64,000 nt of DNA, from contig CAWJMT010000037.1 of assembly GCA_963844035.1 (NCBI GenBank), forward strand, positions 64,001 through 128,000. The letters run 5' to 3'. Each line of letters begins with the position of its first letter. The first letter of the stretch is position 1. A program made the position numbers and the translations under genes. This document shows, one piece after another, positions 1-11,380 of this stretch. The notes under the pieces were generated by a model that was given only the letters and a program-made list of their open reading frames with translations, was not told where the DNA came from and did no database searches. Source of the stretch: an uncultured Gemmatimonadales bacterium (GTDB lineage Bacteria; Gemmatimonadota; Gemmatimonadetes; Gemmatimonadales; GWC2-71-9).

Positions 1-1991
1 GAACCAGGTCGCGGGCCACGGTGCTGCCGTCGGTCTTGCGCCAGTACTGCTGCTGCAAATAGGTGGCGTTGACACGCACGCGATCCGACGGGCGCCAGTC
101 GAGGCCGGCCTGAACGAACAGGATCCACGCCGGGGCCCACTCGTAGAAGTTTTCGTCCTGGAGCGCGGGGAGCACGAGCAGGGAGGCGTTGAAACGCCGG
201 AACTGGGGTGTTTGCAGCGTGACCTGCAGGTCGTAGTTGGGGATCCGCGGCACTCCGACGAACGGCACCGTGTCGGTCACCCCGGCGGCGGTGTGCTCGA
301 GCCGGTAGGTCGAGTAAAACGCCGAGTCGAACCCGAACGACTCGAGGTACACGGCCGCCGACACGTTCCAACCCCGGACCTGCCACGTCGACGTGACGTG
401 GAAGAACTGATCGTCCGGGACCTCGCCGCTCATGAGGTGGGGATACGTCCAGCGGCCCCGGAGCAGGAGGTCGCCGGTCCAGCTCTCGACGCCAGCGCCC
501 GGGCCGCCGTACCGCGTGACCCGGTGGTCGACTGGTGCCGACCGCGAGGCCGGGGCGGGGGATGAACCCGCTCGCCGTCACGAACTCCGGGGCGATGGCG
601 CTGAACGCGTACGTGTAGCCGAATCCGCGCCCCGTGCGATCGAGGCTCGCGTTCCAGAGCGGGGCCGTCACCGTCACGCCGCCGGTCCGCGTGATGCTCC
701 CCGCGCCCTGGAATGTGGCGGTGTGCGTTCCCCCGAACACGATCCGCCCATTGGCGCCGGCGACGCGATTGTAGTCGGGACCGTCAACCTTCTCCGTGTA
801 CACGATGCCGGCGCTCGACTGCCCGCCCAGGTCGCGACGCACGCGCAGGATGTTGTAGACGGGGTTGCGGGTCCCGCTCGCTGAATAGGCGCGGTCGTCC
901 ACGCCGGACAGCAGACCGACTCCGAACCCCGACACCTTGCCCGTGAGTTTGACCGCCGCCACCGGCTGCACCAGGCGGCGCGTGTACACGAGGTTGTTCG
1001 GCGTGCTGAACTGCTCCAGGCCCTCGAGGAAAAACGGGCGCTTCTCGGGAAAGAACAGCGCGTCGCGCGGGTCGGACACGAGCTGGCCCGCGTCGGCCTC
1101 CACCTGGGAGAAGTCGGGCCGCGCGGTCGCCGTGAGGGTGAGGTTGTTCGTGACGCCCCAGCGCAGGTTGCCGCCGACGTCGGGGTCGACGGAACCGTAC
1201 GTCCACCCGGCGGGGCCGGGCGCACCGTCGACCTTGGCGGTGAGCTCGGGGTTGACATCGAGCACGAGGCCGCGGCGCAGCTGTTCGAGCCCCGTCAGCG
1301 TCCCCGATTGCGCCAGGAACGATGCGGCGGCCAGGCGTGCCGCGGTCCAGGTGGTGCGGTGCCCCGAATGCTGGATCTGGCGTACGACGTTGACTCCCCA
1401 CTGCTGCACTGCTTGCGGCTGATAGCGGATGCTCTTGAACGGGATGCGGATCTCCACCTCGTAGCCCGTGTCCGTGAGCCGCCCGCGCGATTGGTAGACG
1501 AAATCGGCGGAGAAGTCGACCGTATCCTTCGCCCCGGTCTGGGTCTCTTGGAAGGTCCCGTCTGCCTGGACGCCCAGCGGGTTCACGCCGAACACCAGCG
1601 CCTGGCGACGGTCGTCGAACGTGTCGAGGAAAATCTCGACCCAGTCGTCGTTCGCGATCCGGTCGCGATTGGCATGCGCGGCGTGGACGGCGCCATGGCG
1701 CTCGGAGGCGCGGATGCCGATGTAGAGCGCATGCGGGGAGTACCACACATGCACCATGGTGGAGTCATCGGCGGGACGCCCGTCCACCGGGGAGTACTCG
1801 GAGAAGCCGCACAACAGCGCGGCCGCGCTCCACGCGGGGTCCGAGAGCGCGCCGTCGACCGCTATGTCGGCATCGTCGAGCCGCGGGATCGCGACCGCGG
1901 TGTGTCCGTCGGTCCCTGAGTAGGGGCAGGCGCCCGAGAGGGCGGCCGCGAGCAGCGGAGATGCCGAGCATGAGACACGTACGGGCCGCAT
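1..1991 (-). CDS. CBM9-like/DUF5916 domain outer-membrane protein (runs off window; frameshift near 500-540)
   Basis: Manual minus-strand translation from ATG 1991: ...IPRLDDADIAVDGALSDPAW...DDWVEIFLDTFDDRRQALVFGVNPLGVQADG...PDFSQVEADAGQ...FFPEKRPFFLEG, typical of CBM9+DUF5916 proteins. Confidence 0.8.
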   Translation of the reverse strand, partial: MRPVRVSCSASPLLAAALSGACPYSGTDGHTAVAIPRLDDADIAVDGALSDPAWSAAALLCGFSEYSPVDGRPADDSTMVHVWYSPHALYIGIRASERHGAVHAAHANRDRIANDDWVEIFLDTFDDRRQALVFGVNPLGVQADGTFQETQTGAKDTVDFSADFVYQSRGRLTDTGYEVEIRIPFKSIRYQPQAVQQWGVNVVRQIQHSGHRTTWTAARLAAASFLAQSGTLTGLEQLRRGLVLDVNPELTAKVDGAPGPAGWTYGSVDPDVGGNLRWGVTNNLTLTATARPDFSQVEADAGQLVSDPRDALFFPEKRPFFLEGLEQFSTPNNLVYTRRLVQPVAAVKLTGKVSGFGVGLLSGVDDRAYSASGTRNPVYNILRVRRDLGGQSSAGIVYTEKVDGPDYNRVAGANGRIVFGGTHTATFQGAGSITRTGGVTVTAPLWNASLDRTGRGFGYTYAFSAIAPEFVTASGFIPRPGLAVGTSRPPGHAVRRPGRWRRELDRRPPAPGPLDVSPPHERRGPGRSVLPRHVDVAGPGLERVGGRVPRVVRVRLGVLLDLPARAHRRRGDRHGAVRRSAADPQLRPAGHAANTPVPAFQRLPARAPRAPGRKLLRVGPGVDPVRSGRPRLAPVGSRACQRHLFAAAVLAQDRRQHRGPRPG

Positions 1992-2016
1992 GGCGGTGGG
2001 TTTCGCGGGACAGCCG

Positions 2017-3132
2017 TCAGTGGCGCAACACCGGGGTGAGGGAGAGCACGATCTCGAGCGCGATCAGCGCGATGATGATCCATTCGAGCACTTCCGAGCG
2101 GCGGATGGCCGCGCGATCGGTCAGTTTCGCATAGATGCCGTCGATCGTCTGGAGCTTGCGCGTGATGCTCGCGTCCCACTCGGCCAGGTGGAAACGGTGG
2201 GAGATGAGGGTGTACACCCGCGCCAGGTACTGCTCCCCGACGAGCTTCAGGGCGTTGGTCACCTGCTCGAACAGAATGGCCCCATCGAGCTGCAGCTCCG
2301 CGAGCCGGCGCAGATCCGGGCCCGGCTGGCCCAGCAGGGCGAACCGCGCGGCGCCCGCGTGCCGAGCGTTTCGTACGCCCGGTCCAGCGAATTGTCGAGC
2401 TGCTGATCGAGGAAGCGCATCTCGAGCAGCTGGGTATTGGCGAACTCGATCACCGCCCGCACGTCGTCGCCCTCGGGGTCGAACAACAGCGTCGCGTCGC
2501 CGTCGATGATCGTCGCGTCGTTCGGCCCGAACGACAGCCGCAGCGCGGTCGCGTCACTCACTTCCTGCTGGGAGAGGTTGTGCGGCGACGGCGCGCAATA
2601 CCTGCGCGACCGTGTGCGCGTGCTCCGTCCACAGGGCCGCCGCTTCGCACGTCGCGTTGAACGCCTCGATCTGGAAGATGGAGTAGTCCTCCACGAACTC
2701 GGCGATCCGGGGGCGCTGCACCGCGTCGCCCAGGGTGCGGAGCAGCTCCTCGACGTGGCGGCGCGAGTCCGCCACCAGACGCTCGTTCCCCCACAGGGCC
2801 TCGGCGAGCCCGGGCAGGTTGCTCACGGGTCCGTCGATGGCGATCACATAGCTCAAGGATACGGCGCCGAAGTCATAGATGACCGCCTCGACACCTGCCG
2901 CCGTGTGGTAGCCGCCGATCGTGTGCGGCTCGCCCGCGCGCGTCACGCGGAGCGGGGCAGGGCTGTACTCGAAGAAGGCAGGGGCGCGCCGCTTGTGCTT
3001 CACGGTCTGGCGGGCTGCGTCCGCCCGCAGCAACTGCCGCTCGGCCGCGTCCAGGTCGATCGCGCGTCCCACCTCGTAGGCGAAAAGGGGGAAGCAGGTC
3101 CCCTTGGCGATGACCAGGCTCGTGGATGTCAG
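2017..3132 (-). CDS. RMD1/DUF155-like membrane-anchored protein (frameshifted; start uncertain)
   Basis: Three collinear fragments (2554-3132, 2259-2561, 2017-2262): FAYEVGRAIDL, YDFGAVSL, EFANTQLLEMRFLD, YLARVY...W...LEWIIIALIALEI. Confidence 0.7.
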
Positions 3133-4871
3133 TTGAGCACCGCCGCGGTATCGCCCGGGAGCAGAATGCGCCGGATCAACGGGATCGGCACACCCCCCTG
3201 GCGGACGAACTGGTCGTGGAATTCCCGCAGCGAGAACGCCGAGCCCTTCGCCCGGCGGTAGTCGGCGCGGAGCTTGTAGATGGCGAGCTTCCCCAAGGTG
3301 TAGTAGAGGTACGTGGGATCGTACGCACCGCGGCGGGCTTCTTCGTACGCGTTCGCGGGCTGCTGAAAACACTTGTCGGTGAAATACTGCTTGGCGGCAT
3401 CGTCCACCGACAGACCTTGCGTGTGCTCCTTGATTCCCGCCACCCAGCGGCAGTCCCGCAGCAACGCTTCGGATAGCTGCGCGAGCCGGATGCGCGGGTT
3501 GCCGTTCCCGAACCCCTCCTCGACCATCATCTGCTCACCGTAGTGCGCCCAACCCTCCACGTTCGTGTTGGCGTACAGCAGCTTGCGGGTCTTGGTGGGG
3601 AACTGTTTTGCATAGATGAACTGCAGGTAGTGGCCAGGGAACGCTTCGTGAATCGTGATGATGCTCATGACATTGCTGTTGTAGAGCCGCAGGTGTTCCT
3701 CGACGTGCGTGGAATCCCAATCGGCCTCGGGCGGGGTGACATAGTAGAACGCCTCGGTGGCCTTCTGCTCGTAGGCGCCCGGCGTATCCATCGACGCGAA
3801 TGTGCCGACGCGCGCGTAGGGCGGGGTCTCGGCGACGATCGGGCGCACCTCGGAGGGAAGGTCCACGATCTTGTGATCGATGAGGAATTGACGCGTGCCT
3901 TCGAGGGTCGCCCTGGTTGACGGCAGCAGCGTCGCTGCGCTGGGGTGATCGGCTTCGAGCGCCGCCATCGCCTGCTGCGGCGTCGCGCCCGGCGCCACCT
4001 CCTGCGCGGTGGCGAGGAATGCCCGATGGTCCTTGTCCAGCGTGGCCTCCCCCAGCGCGAGCAGGCGGTCGAGGGGGATTTCGATCATCTCCTCATAGCG
4101 GAGCTTGTCGGCGAACGCGCGAGCCCCAATAGCGAAGGTTCCCTGCGAGCGGGGCAGCAGGTCGGTCTTGAGCCACGCCGCCGCCGCGGCCATCGCGGAC
4201 ACGACCGAATCGTTTACCAGCGTGAAAGCACGCAGCGCGGCGCTGTCGGTGCCGGCGGATTCGCGCGCCCATTTCGCCACGTCGTCACGGAAGAATCCTA
4301 CGGACCCGCCGGCGATGCGAATCGCGAGATCGGTGAATTCCCGGGGTGGATTGGCGACGTTGGCGCGCATGGCGACGAGCAGGGCCGGGACCCCGCGCAG
4401 CCGCGCCGTCACCAGACGAAGCCGCGCGACGGGCGGCGCGAAGCGGCGCTTCATGAGCAGGTCGACCGCGTTGCCCGCCAGCCCGACGTACCCCATCGGG
4501 TTCTTGCGCCACGACTGGATCACCTCCAGCTCGAGCAGCTCGGCGCGGATGGCGCCCGCCAGGACGCCCGCGTCGATCGAATCGTCGGTGGCCAGCCGGC
4601 CTGCGCGGAGCGAGTCGAGCCGGGCCCGTTGCGCCGTGAGCGTGGTTACGCGGCGTGCGATCGTGGCGGCGGAGCGGTTCTCGAGGAGGGAGTCGTATTG
4701 ATGCAGCCCCGCCGCCGTGCCCAGAGAGGGGGCGTACGCGTACAGCGAGTCGAAGTAGGCATCGACGAATGCGGCAAACGGCGGCGGAGCAGGCCTCGAC
4801 CCCGCGAGGGCGACCACCAGGACGATGGGAAGGAACACCGTGAGCCTCCTCGAGCAGAGATGTGGCAGCAA
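3129..4871 (-). CDS. DUF885 family exported protein (putative metallopeptidase)
   Basis: Signal peptide; HEAFPGHYLQ, NVEGWAHYGE and YLYYTLGKLAI motifs. Confidence 0.9.
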   Translation of the reverse strand: MLPHLCSRRLTVFLPIVLVVALAGSRPAPPPFAAFVDAYFDSLYAYAPSLGTAAGLHQYDSLLENRSAATIARRVTTLTAQRARLDSLRAGRLATDDSIDAGVLAGAIRAELLELEVIQSWRKNPMGYVGLAGNAVDLLMKRRFAPPVARLRLVTARLRGVPALLVAMRANVANPPREFTDLAIRIAGGSVGFFRDDVAKWARESAGTDSAALRAFTLVNDSVVSAMAAAAAWLKTDLLPRSQGTFAIGARAFADKLRYEEMIEIPLDRLLALGEATLDKDHRAFLATAQEVAPGATPQQAMAALEADHPSAATLLPSTRATLEGTRQFLIDHKIVDLPSEVRPIVAETPPYARVGTFASMDTPGAYEQKATEAFYYVTPPEADWDSTHVEEHLRLYNSNVMSIITIHEAFPGHYLQFIYAKQFPTKTRKLLYANTNVEGWAHYGEQMMVEEGFGNGNPRIRLAQLSEALLRDCRWVAGIKEHTQGLSVDDAAKQYFTDKCFQQPANAYEEARRGAYDPTYLYYTLGKLAIYKLRADYRRAKGSAFSLREFHDQFVRQGGVPIPLIRRILLPGDTAAVLN

Positions 4872-4987
4872 ATCTCACTGCAGCACCGTTCGCAGTGCAA
4901 CGCGGGCCGGGCGAACCCATCGTAGATTCCTGAGGTCCCCGGTCGGCGAATCCTGTTGAAGTAGACATCCACTCGAGGGTCAGTGCA

Positions 4988-5476
4988 ATGAGTGACCGAG
5001 GCCTGCTGGCCGCCGGCGCCGCCGCGCCCGACTTCGCCCTCCCCAGCGGCCCCGATCGCGTGGTCACCCTCCGCGAGTACCGGGGGCGCCCCGTGATCCT
5101 GGCGTTCTATCCGGCGGACTGGAGCCCGGTGTGCGGCGATCAGATGGCGCTGTACAACGAGATCCTCCCCGAGTTTCGGGCATTCGGCGCCGAGCTGCTG
5201 GGAATTTCGGTCGACGGCGTCTGGTGCCACGGAGCATTCGCGGAGCACCGCAAGCTACACTTTCCCTTGCTCGCGGACTTCGAGCCGAAGGGCGCGGTGG
5301 CGCGCCAATACGGGGTGTACCGCCCGGCGGATGGCACCACCGAGCGGGCGCTGTTCGTGATCGACGCCGGGGGGATCATTCGCTGGAGCTACGTCTCGCC
5401 GATCGGCGTGAACCCCGGCGCCGACGGGATCCTCGAGGCGCTCGAGACGATCGCGCCGGCACGGGGAAAGCCATGA
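4988..5476 (+). CDS. AhpC/TSA family peroxiredoxin (AhpE-like, 1-Cys)
   Basis: FYPADWSPVC, FPLLADFEPKGAVARQYGV, ERALFVID. Confidence 0.9.
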   Translation: MSDRGLLAAGAAAPDFALPSGPDRVVTLREYRGRPVILAFYPADWSPVCGDQMALYNEILPEFRAFGAELLGISVDGVWCHGAFAEHRKLHFPLLADFEPKGAVARQYGVYRPADGTTERALFVIDAGGIIRWSYVSPIGVNPGADGILEALETIAPARGKP

Positions 5477-6009
5477 GACACGGGCAGGCGGAGCTGAGCG
5501 TGCCGGTGGGTCCGGACGATCACGCGCAGGGACCCGCGACGGCGCCGGTGACGCTGGTCGAGTACGGCGATTTCGAGTGCCCGCATTGCGGCCGGGCGTA
5601 CCCGGTCGTGAAGGAGGTGCAACGGCGGATGGGGCAGCGGCTGCGGTTTGTGTTCCGTCACTTTCCCCTCACCGAGATCCACCCCAACGCCCAGCATGCC
5701 GCGGAAGCGGCCGAAGCGGCTGCGGTGCAGGGGAAGTTCTGGGAGATGCACGACCGTTTGTTCGAGCGGCAGTTTGCGCTCGAGGATGGGCACCTGACCG
5801 AGTACGCGCGGGACCTCGGGCTCGACGCGCTCCGCGTGGCGCGCGAGATCGCGGCCCACACCTACAAACCACAGGTGCGGGAGGACTTCATGAGCGGCGT
5901 GAAGAGTGGCGTGAACGGGACCCCGACCTTCTTCATCAACGGCCTGCGGTACGACTACACGTGGAACGAGGACACGCTGACGGAGGCGCTGGAGCGGGCG
6001 ATCGGCTAA
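5473..6009 (+). CDS. DsbA-like thioredoxin-fold protein (no signal peptide)
   Basis: ATG 5473 overlaps upstream stop (ATGA); EYGDFECPHC, FRHFPL, GVNGTPTFFING. Confidence 0.9.
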   Translation: MRHGQAELSVPVGPDDHAQGPATAPVTLVEYGDFECPHCGRAYPVVKEVQRRMGQRLRFVFRHFPLTEIHPNAQHAAEAAEAAAVQGKFWEMHDRLFERQFALEDGHLTEYARDLGLDALRVAREIAAHTYKPQVREDFMSGVKSGVNGTPTFFINGLRYDYTWNEDTLTEALERAIG

Positions 6010-6032
6010 CCGTCTAGCCGTCTAACCGTCTA
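6006..6032. repeat. Octamer tandem repeat (CTA[A/G]CCGT)x3 between convergent genes
   Basis: ctaaccgt ctagccgt ctaaccgt cta. Confidence 0.8.
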
Positions 6033-7305
6033 TCAGCGCAGCAGCTGCAAGCAGGTGTAGATCGCGAGCCCGACCAGCCCACCCACGAGCGTCCCGTTGA
6101 TGCGCACGAACTGCAGGTCCCGTCCGACCGCCAGCTCGAAGCGTCGCGACGTCGCCTCCGGGTCCCACCCCGCCACGGTCGTGGCAATCAGATCTCCGAT
6201 CTCGTGCCGGTACCGCTCCACCACCATCGCCGCCAGATCGATCACCAGGTCGTCGAGCTCGGCGAGCAGGGGGTCGTTGGCGAGGAGCGCCGCCCCGAAT
6301 TCGCTCAGGCCCCGCTCGCAGGGGACCAGGCTCCGGACCGTCGGCCCGGCTCGCATAGCGGACCAGCGCGCCGCCGGGTCGATTCCCACAGGCGCACCGA
6401 CAGATCGGCGACCGACGGGTCGGCGAGCCACTCTTCCTTGAGGGACTCGGCCCTGGCGATGACGTCGGGGGAGTGCTGCAGGCGATCGATAAAGTCCCAC
6501 AGGCCCGTCTCGAACGCCGCGCGGAGGGGATGATCGGCGCTTGGTGCCGATGTCGCGCAGCAGGCCTTCGACCGTGTCGAGGATGCGCTGGTAGATCTTG
6601 TCGTCCACCACGCCCGGCACCCACCAGGGGCTCTCGGTGCGCACCTTCTCGCGGATCAGCTCCCGGTTGTCCCGGATCGCGCCCGCGGCCAGCCGGACGA
6701 CCACGTCGAGCAGCTCCTGTTGCCGGTTGCCGGCCAGGACGAGCGCCAGGGTCTTGCCGAGCGCGGGGGCGACGCGGATCGCCCGCAGGCGCGCGCTCAC
6801 CACCTGGTGCATCAGCTCACGGACATCGTGATCCGGGAGCGTTTCGAGGGTCTTCGCCAGGCCGCTCGCCACCTGCCGCGCGATGTCGCGGGCGTGGCTG
6901 GGGTCGCTGAGCCACCGGGCGGCGCGTTCCGCGGGGCGCACGGCGCGAAGGTTGGTGGCGATCACGGTGCGCGACGAGGAAGTGGTTCTCGACGAAGGTC
7001 CCGAGGATGCGCCCGATCCGCTCCTTGCGGGTCGCCACGATCGCGGTGTGGGGGATCGGTATGCCCAGGGGATGGCGAAACAGCGCCGTCACGGCGAACC
7101 AGTCGGCCAGCCCGCCCACCAGCGACGCCTCGGCGGTGGCCTTCACGTACCCGAGCCAGGGATAGGCGTCTTCGTATACCGTCGCGGCTACGAACACGGC
7201 GGCGGCGAGGGCCAGGAGCCCCGTCGCGCGCCGCTTCATCACGTCGAGCCGCGCCTGCCGTGCGGCGTCGTCGGGCCGCGACCACGGTGACGGCGGGACC
7301 GTCAT
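6033..7305 (-). CDS. DUF445 family membrane protein (frameshifted)
   Basis: AEASLVGGLADWFAVTALFRHPLGIPIPHTAIV at N-terminus; GRDLQFVRINGTLVGGLVG at C-terminus; frame breaks near 6965 and 6380-6540. Confidence 0.9.
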
Positions 7306-7534
7306 CCCGATCTTCCCCAGCAGCCCATATCGGGTCGGGATGGCATTGAGCGACTCCTCCGTGTGGGCCGACAAGCGCCGGAACCGGGACTAGTTACCCG
7401 GCGGGTAGCGCGCTGCGCAAGCATCGACCTCGCTCCAAGGAGCTAGATCCCCATGGCAGCAACTTCATTCTCCCGACCGATGGTACGTTGCGTGAACGCG
7501 CCCAAAATTTGATTCAACGGAAAGGGAGGCACCA

Positions 7535-8167
7535 CTGAGAGCGACCTTAGCACGCGAGACTGTCCGCGAGCCCGTCAGCGAGCCCGTCGGCGAGAACGCC
7601 GAAGCGCAGTGGGTCACCGAGCACCTGGCCGGCGACCCTCGCGCGTTCGGCGCGATCGTCGATCGCTATCAGGTCCGGCTCCTCAACTTCATCAATCGGA
7701 GCCTGGGGGACCGCGCGCGGGCCGAGGACCTGGTGCAGGAGGTGTTCATCCGGGTCTACCGCCATCTGCACCGGTTCGACCGAACGAAGAGGTTCTCGAC
7801 ATGGATCTACACGATCGCCTCGAACCTGACGAAGAATGAGCTGCGGAATCGCCGGCGCAGTCCCGTGGTGTTGTTCCAGACGATTACCAGGCACTGGGAC
7901 GAGGACCACCGGCCCGTCGAGTTCGAGGACCGGAGCCAGCATCCCGACGACCGTCTACGTGAAGCGCCAGTCTGCGGGAGATAGTCGACGCGCTCGGTGC
8001 GCATGCTTCCCGAGCTCCATCGGGTGGTCTTCGTGCTGCGCGAGATCGAAGGGAAGTCCTACCAGGAGATCGCCGACATCGCGCGCTGCTCGCTGGGCAC
8101 CGTGAAGAGCCGCCTGAATCGCGCGCGCAGCAGGTTTGCCGAGATCGTGCGTCCGCTGCTCGACTGA
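7535..8167 (+). CDS. ECF-type RNA polymerase sigma-70 factor (frameshifted ~7950-7990)
   Basis: GDPRAFGAIVDRYQ...AEDLVQEVFIRVYRHLHRFD...FSTWIYTIASNL (region 2); VFVLREIEGKSYQEIA...GTVKSRLNRAR (region 4); GGAGG precedes in-frame CTG at 7535. Confidence 0.85.
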
Positions 8168-8728
8168 CCTTCAGCCGTTCGATCTGTGGTTCCACGTACT
8201 TGCCGTAGCATTCGGGACAGATGCTGTGGCTCAGCAGGCTGCCCGACCGGATTTCGATGTAGCGCTCCAGCGAAACCCAGGCTCCGGCATCGTCACGCAG
8301 CCGCCGGCAGTAGCTGCAGATCGCCAGGAGGCCTTCCAGCTGGAACAGCTCGTTCCGGACGCCCAGGATGCGCTCGGCGGCGGCGACGCGGGCCACCAGC
8401 TCTTCGGGGTCCACCGGCTTGGTGATGAAATCGTCTACGCCCGGCCCGCATCGCTTCGAGAAAGTGTCCCCGGCCGCTCCGGACCGTGACCAGGATGATG
8501 TAGGTGTACGCTTCCGGGGGCCTCGCGCGAATCCGCCGGCATCAATTCGAGGCCGTCCATGTCGGGCATGAGCCAGTCGGCGACGATGAGGCGGAAGCGC
8601 GTGAGCAGCCAGCGGTCCCACGCCGCGCGCCCATTCTCCGCGGTCACGACGTCGTGGCCCTGGGCGGTGAGTATCGCCTGATACGTCTCCCGGGCGACCG
8701 GATCGTCTTCTACCAGGAGGATCTTCAT
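8164..8728 (-). CDS. Response regulator with C-terminal CxxC...HxxCPxC domain (frameshifted; 3' end uncertain)
   Basis: MKILLVEDD...ADWLMPDMDGLEL...GVDDFITKP...LLAICSYCRRLRD...SHSICPECY. Confidence 0.8.
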
Positions 8729-11380
8729 GCGCGGCCCGCTGGCGGGGCGACGTGCGCGTCGCGGTCCGCCGTACGTAGTCCAGCACGGTGGCGGCTTCGA
8801 CCCGCACGCGCTCGAGTCCGCCGCGCGCCTGGCTCGACGTTCCCCTGCTGCGCCGCCGTTTCGACGTGCTCGAGCAGCGCCGGCGAGCTGATGGGCGCCG
8901 ATCGTCGCCGCGGCGCCGCGCAGGACGTGCGCGGCGCGGGTGGTGGCGTCGGCGTTGCCGCTGTCCGCCGCGGCCTCGAGGGTCGCGAGGCGCTGCCGGC
9001 ACCTGGCTGATGAAGGCATCGAGGATCGAGCCGATCGCGTCTCCCGCGCCGGCTTCCCGCAGGGAGTTCTTGAACCCCTCCAGGTCCACCCGGTCGGGGG
9101 TCATGGGCGCCTCGGCGACGATCGGCGGAGCGGCCGACGGCTCGCGGCGTCCCTCGATCATCCCGAACAGCTCGTGTCCCTTGAACGGCTTGGCGAGATA
9201 GTCCGTCATGCCGTGGCCGATGCAGCGCTCCCGCTCGCCGCTCAGCGCGTGCGCGGTGAGGGCGATGATCGGGAGATCCCCGGCCGCTGCGGCAGCGCGC
9301 GGATGGCGTGCGTCGCCTCGAAGCCGTCCATCTCGGGCATCTGGATGTCCATCAGGACGACGTCGTACGCGCCGCGCTGGACCGCCGCGACGGCCTCGCG
9401 GCCGTTGCTCACGACGTCCACGAGATGCCCCCGGCTCACGAGCATGGCCGTTGCCACCTGCTGGTTCATCTGGTTGTCCTCGGCAAGAAGGATGCGAAGC
9501 GTGGGCCGCGACTCGGCGATCGAGTGGCGGGTGATGACCGAGGGCCCCCCGGCGGTCGGTGCGCCGGCGAATATCGCGCCGAGGGCCTCGATCAGGTCCG
9601 CGCGTGACGCGGGCTTGGTGAGATAGGCCTCGATGCCGAGCGTCCGGCAGCGCTCCCCGTCGCCCCGCTGGCCGGCGGATGTGAGCATCAGGAGCCGGGT
9701 GACCGCGACGCTGCGGATCGGAGCGGATCTCGGTCGCGAACTCGAACCCGTCCCGGTCCGGCATCTGGACGTCGAGGATGGCGAGGTCGTAGGAGGACCC
9801 CTGCGCGGCGCCGCGCGTTGCAGTGCCTGCGAGCCCGGCGGCGGCGCTGGCCGCCTCGTCGACCACCATCCCCTCGGCCGCGAGCATGTCGCGGAGAATG
9901 CGGCGGTTGGTCGGATTGTCGTCCACCACGAGCACGCGGCGCCCGCCCAGGGCGGCGCGACCGGGCGCGAGCAGCATCTCGCGGGCTCGACCGGGAACGT
10001 CAGCGTGAAATGGAAGTCGCTCCCGCGGCCCACTTCGCTCGTGACGGCGAGCTCGCCCCCCATCAGCCGCACCAGCCGCTGCGAGATCGCCAGCCCGAGC
10101 CCGGTGCCGCCGTAGCGGCGGGTCATGGAGGCATCGGCCTGCGCAAACTCCCCGAAGATCATCTGCACCTGCTCGGGCGCGATGCCGATCCCCGTATCGC
10201 GCACGCTGAACTTCAGGCGGGCCCGGTCGTCGTCCATCTCGACCACGGTGATCGACGCGACCACCTCACCCTCCTCGGTGAACTTGATGGCGTTGCTGAT
10301 CAGGTTGGTGAGGATCTGCCGCAGGCGGGTGGGATCGCCGCGCAGCGCGCGGGGCAGGGCGCGCGGCACGTCGGCGAGCAGCTCGATGTGGCGCTCGCGC
10401 GCCCGCACCGCGAGCAGGCTCGCGGTCGCGTGGACCAGCTTCGCCAGGTCGAACGAAATCGCCTCGAGATCGAGGTGCTCCGCCTCGATCTTCGAATAGT
10501 CCAGGATGTCGTTCAGGATGGTCAGCAGCGCCTCCGACGACGCGCGCACCAGCTCGAGCGCGCGCCGCTGCTCGTTTCCGAGCTCGGTGTCGAGAATCAG
10601 CTCCACGAATCCCATGATGGCGTTCATGGGCGTCCGGATCTCGTGGCTCATGTTCGCGAGGAAGGCGCTGCGCGCCCGTGCCGCCTGCTCGGCGGCGTCG
10701 CGCGCCTCGCGCATGGCGATCTCGGCGCGCCGCGCCGTCTCTTCGCTCACCGCCAGCTGCGCGGTCGCCCGCAGGTGATCGACGATCCCCGCGTGGGCGC
10801 GCCGGAAAATGAACGCCATGAGGGCTCCGAACAACGCCGTGCCGACGGCGGTGGCGATGTGCAGGCGATCGGTCCCGTTGGCCAGGAGCCCCACGATGAC
10901 GGGCACGGTGATCGAGCCGACGAACCCCAGAAAGCTCACCGAATCGGCGGACAGGGTCGTCAGGGCGGCCGCGATCATTGCAGAGAGCACGACGAGCAGC
11001 AGTGCCGCGTGGGAGAACGGCAGGTCCTGGATGACGATCGCCACCCCGACGCCCCAGCAGAGGCCGAGCAGGGTGACGGTGAGGCGGACCCCCAGCCAGA
11101 TGTCCCGGTCCGTGAGCGCGCGCTGATGGACGGTGCGCAGCCACACCGACCGGAACCCCGTCGCCAGCAGGACTGCGAGCGCCCAGCCCGCGGCGACGAG
11201 GTGCGGCACCTCGTCCCACGTGGCATACACGACGAGGCCCATCATGAGCGGGTGCCCGAACAGCACGATGCCGCTCTCCCGGATCAGGCGCTCTTGCAGC
11301 AGACGCCGCAGATCGGCCCGTACGCCCGCCTCGGTGGTGGGTGCGCCCGCCGGGAGCACGGCGGAATCCGCGGTGGTCAC
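8725..11380 (-). CDS. Membrane hybrid sensor histidine kinase (HisKA-HATPase-REC-REC-HPt), frameshifted
   Basis: TM region; FLANMSHEIRTPMN; NLISNAIKFT; GGTGLGLAI; two receivers (VDDNPTNR, AEDNQMNQ); HPt AHVLRGAAATIGA. Confidence 0.9.
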
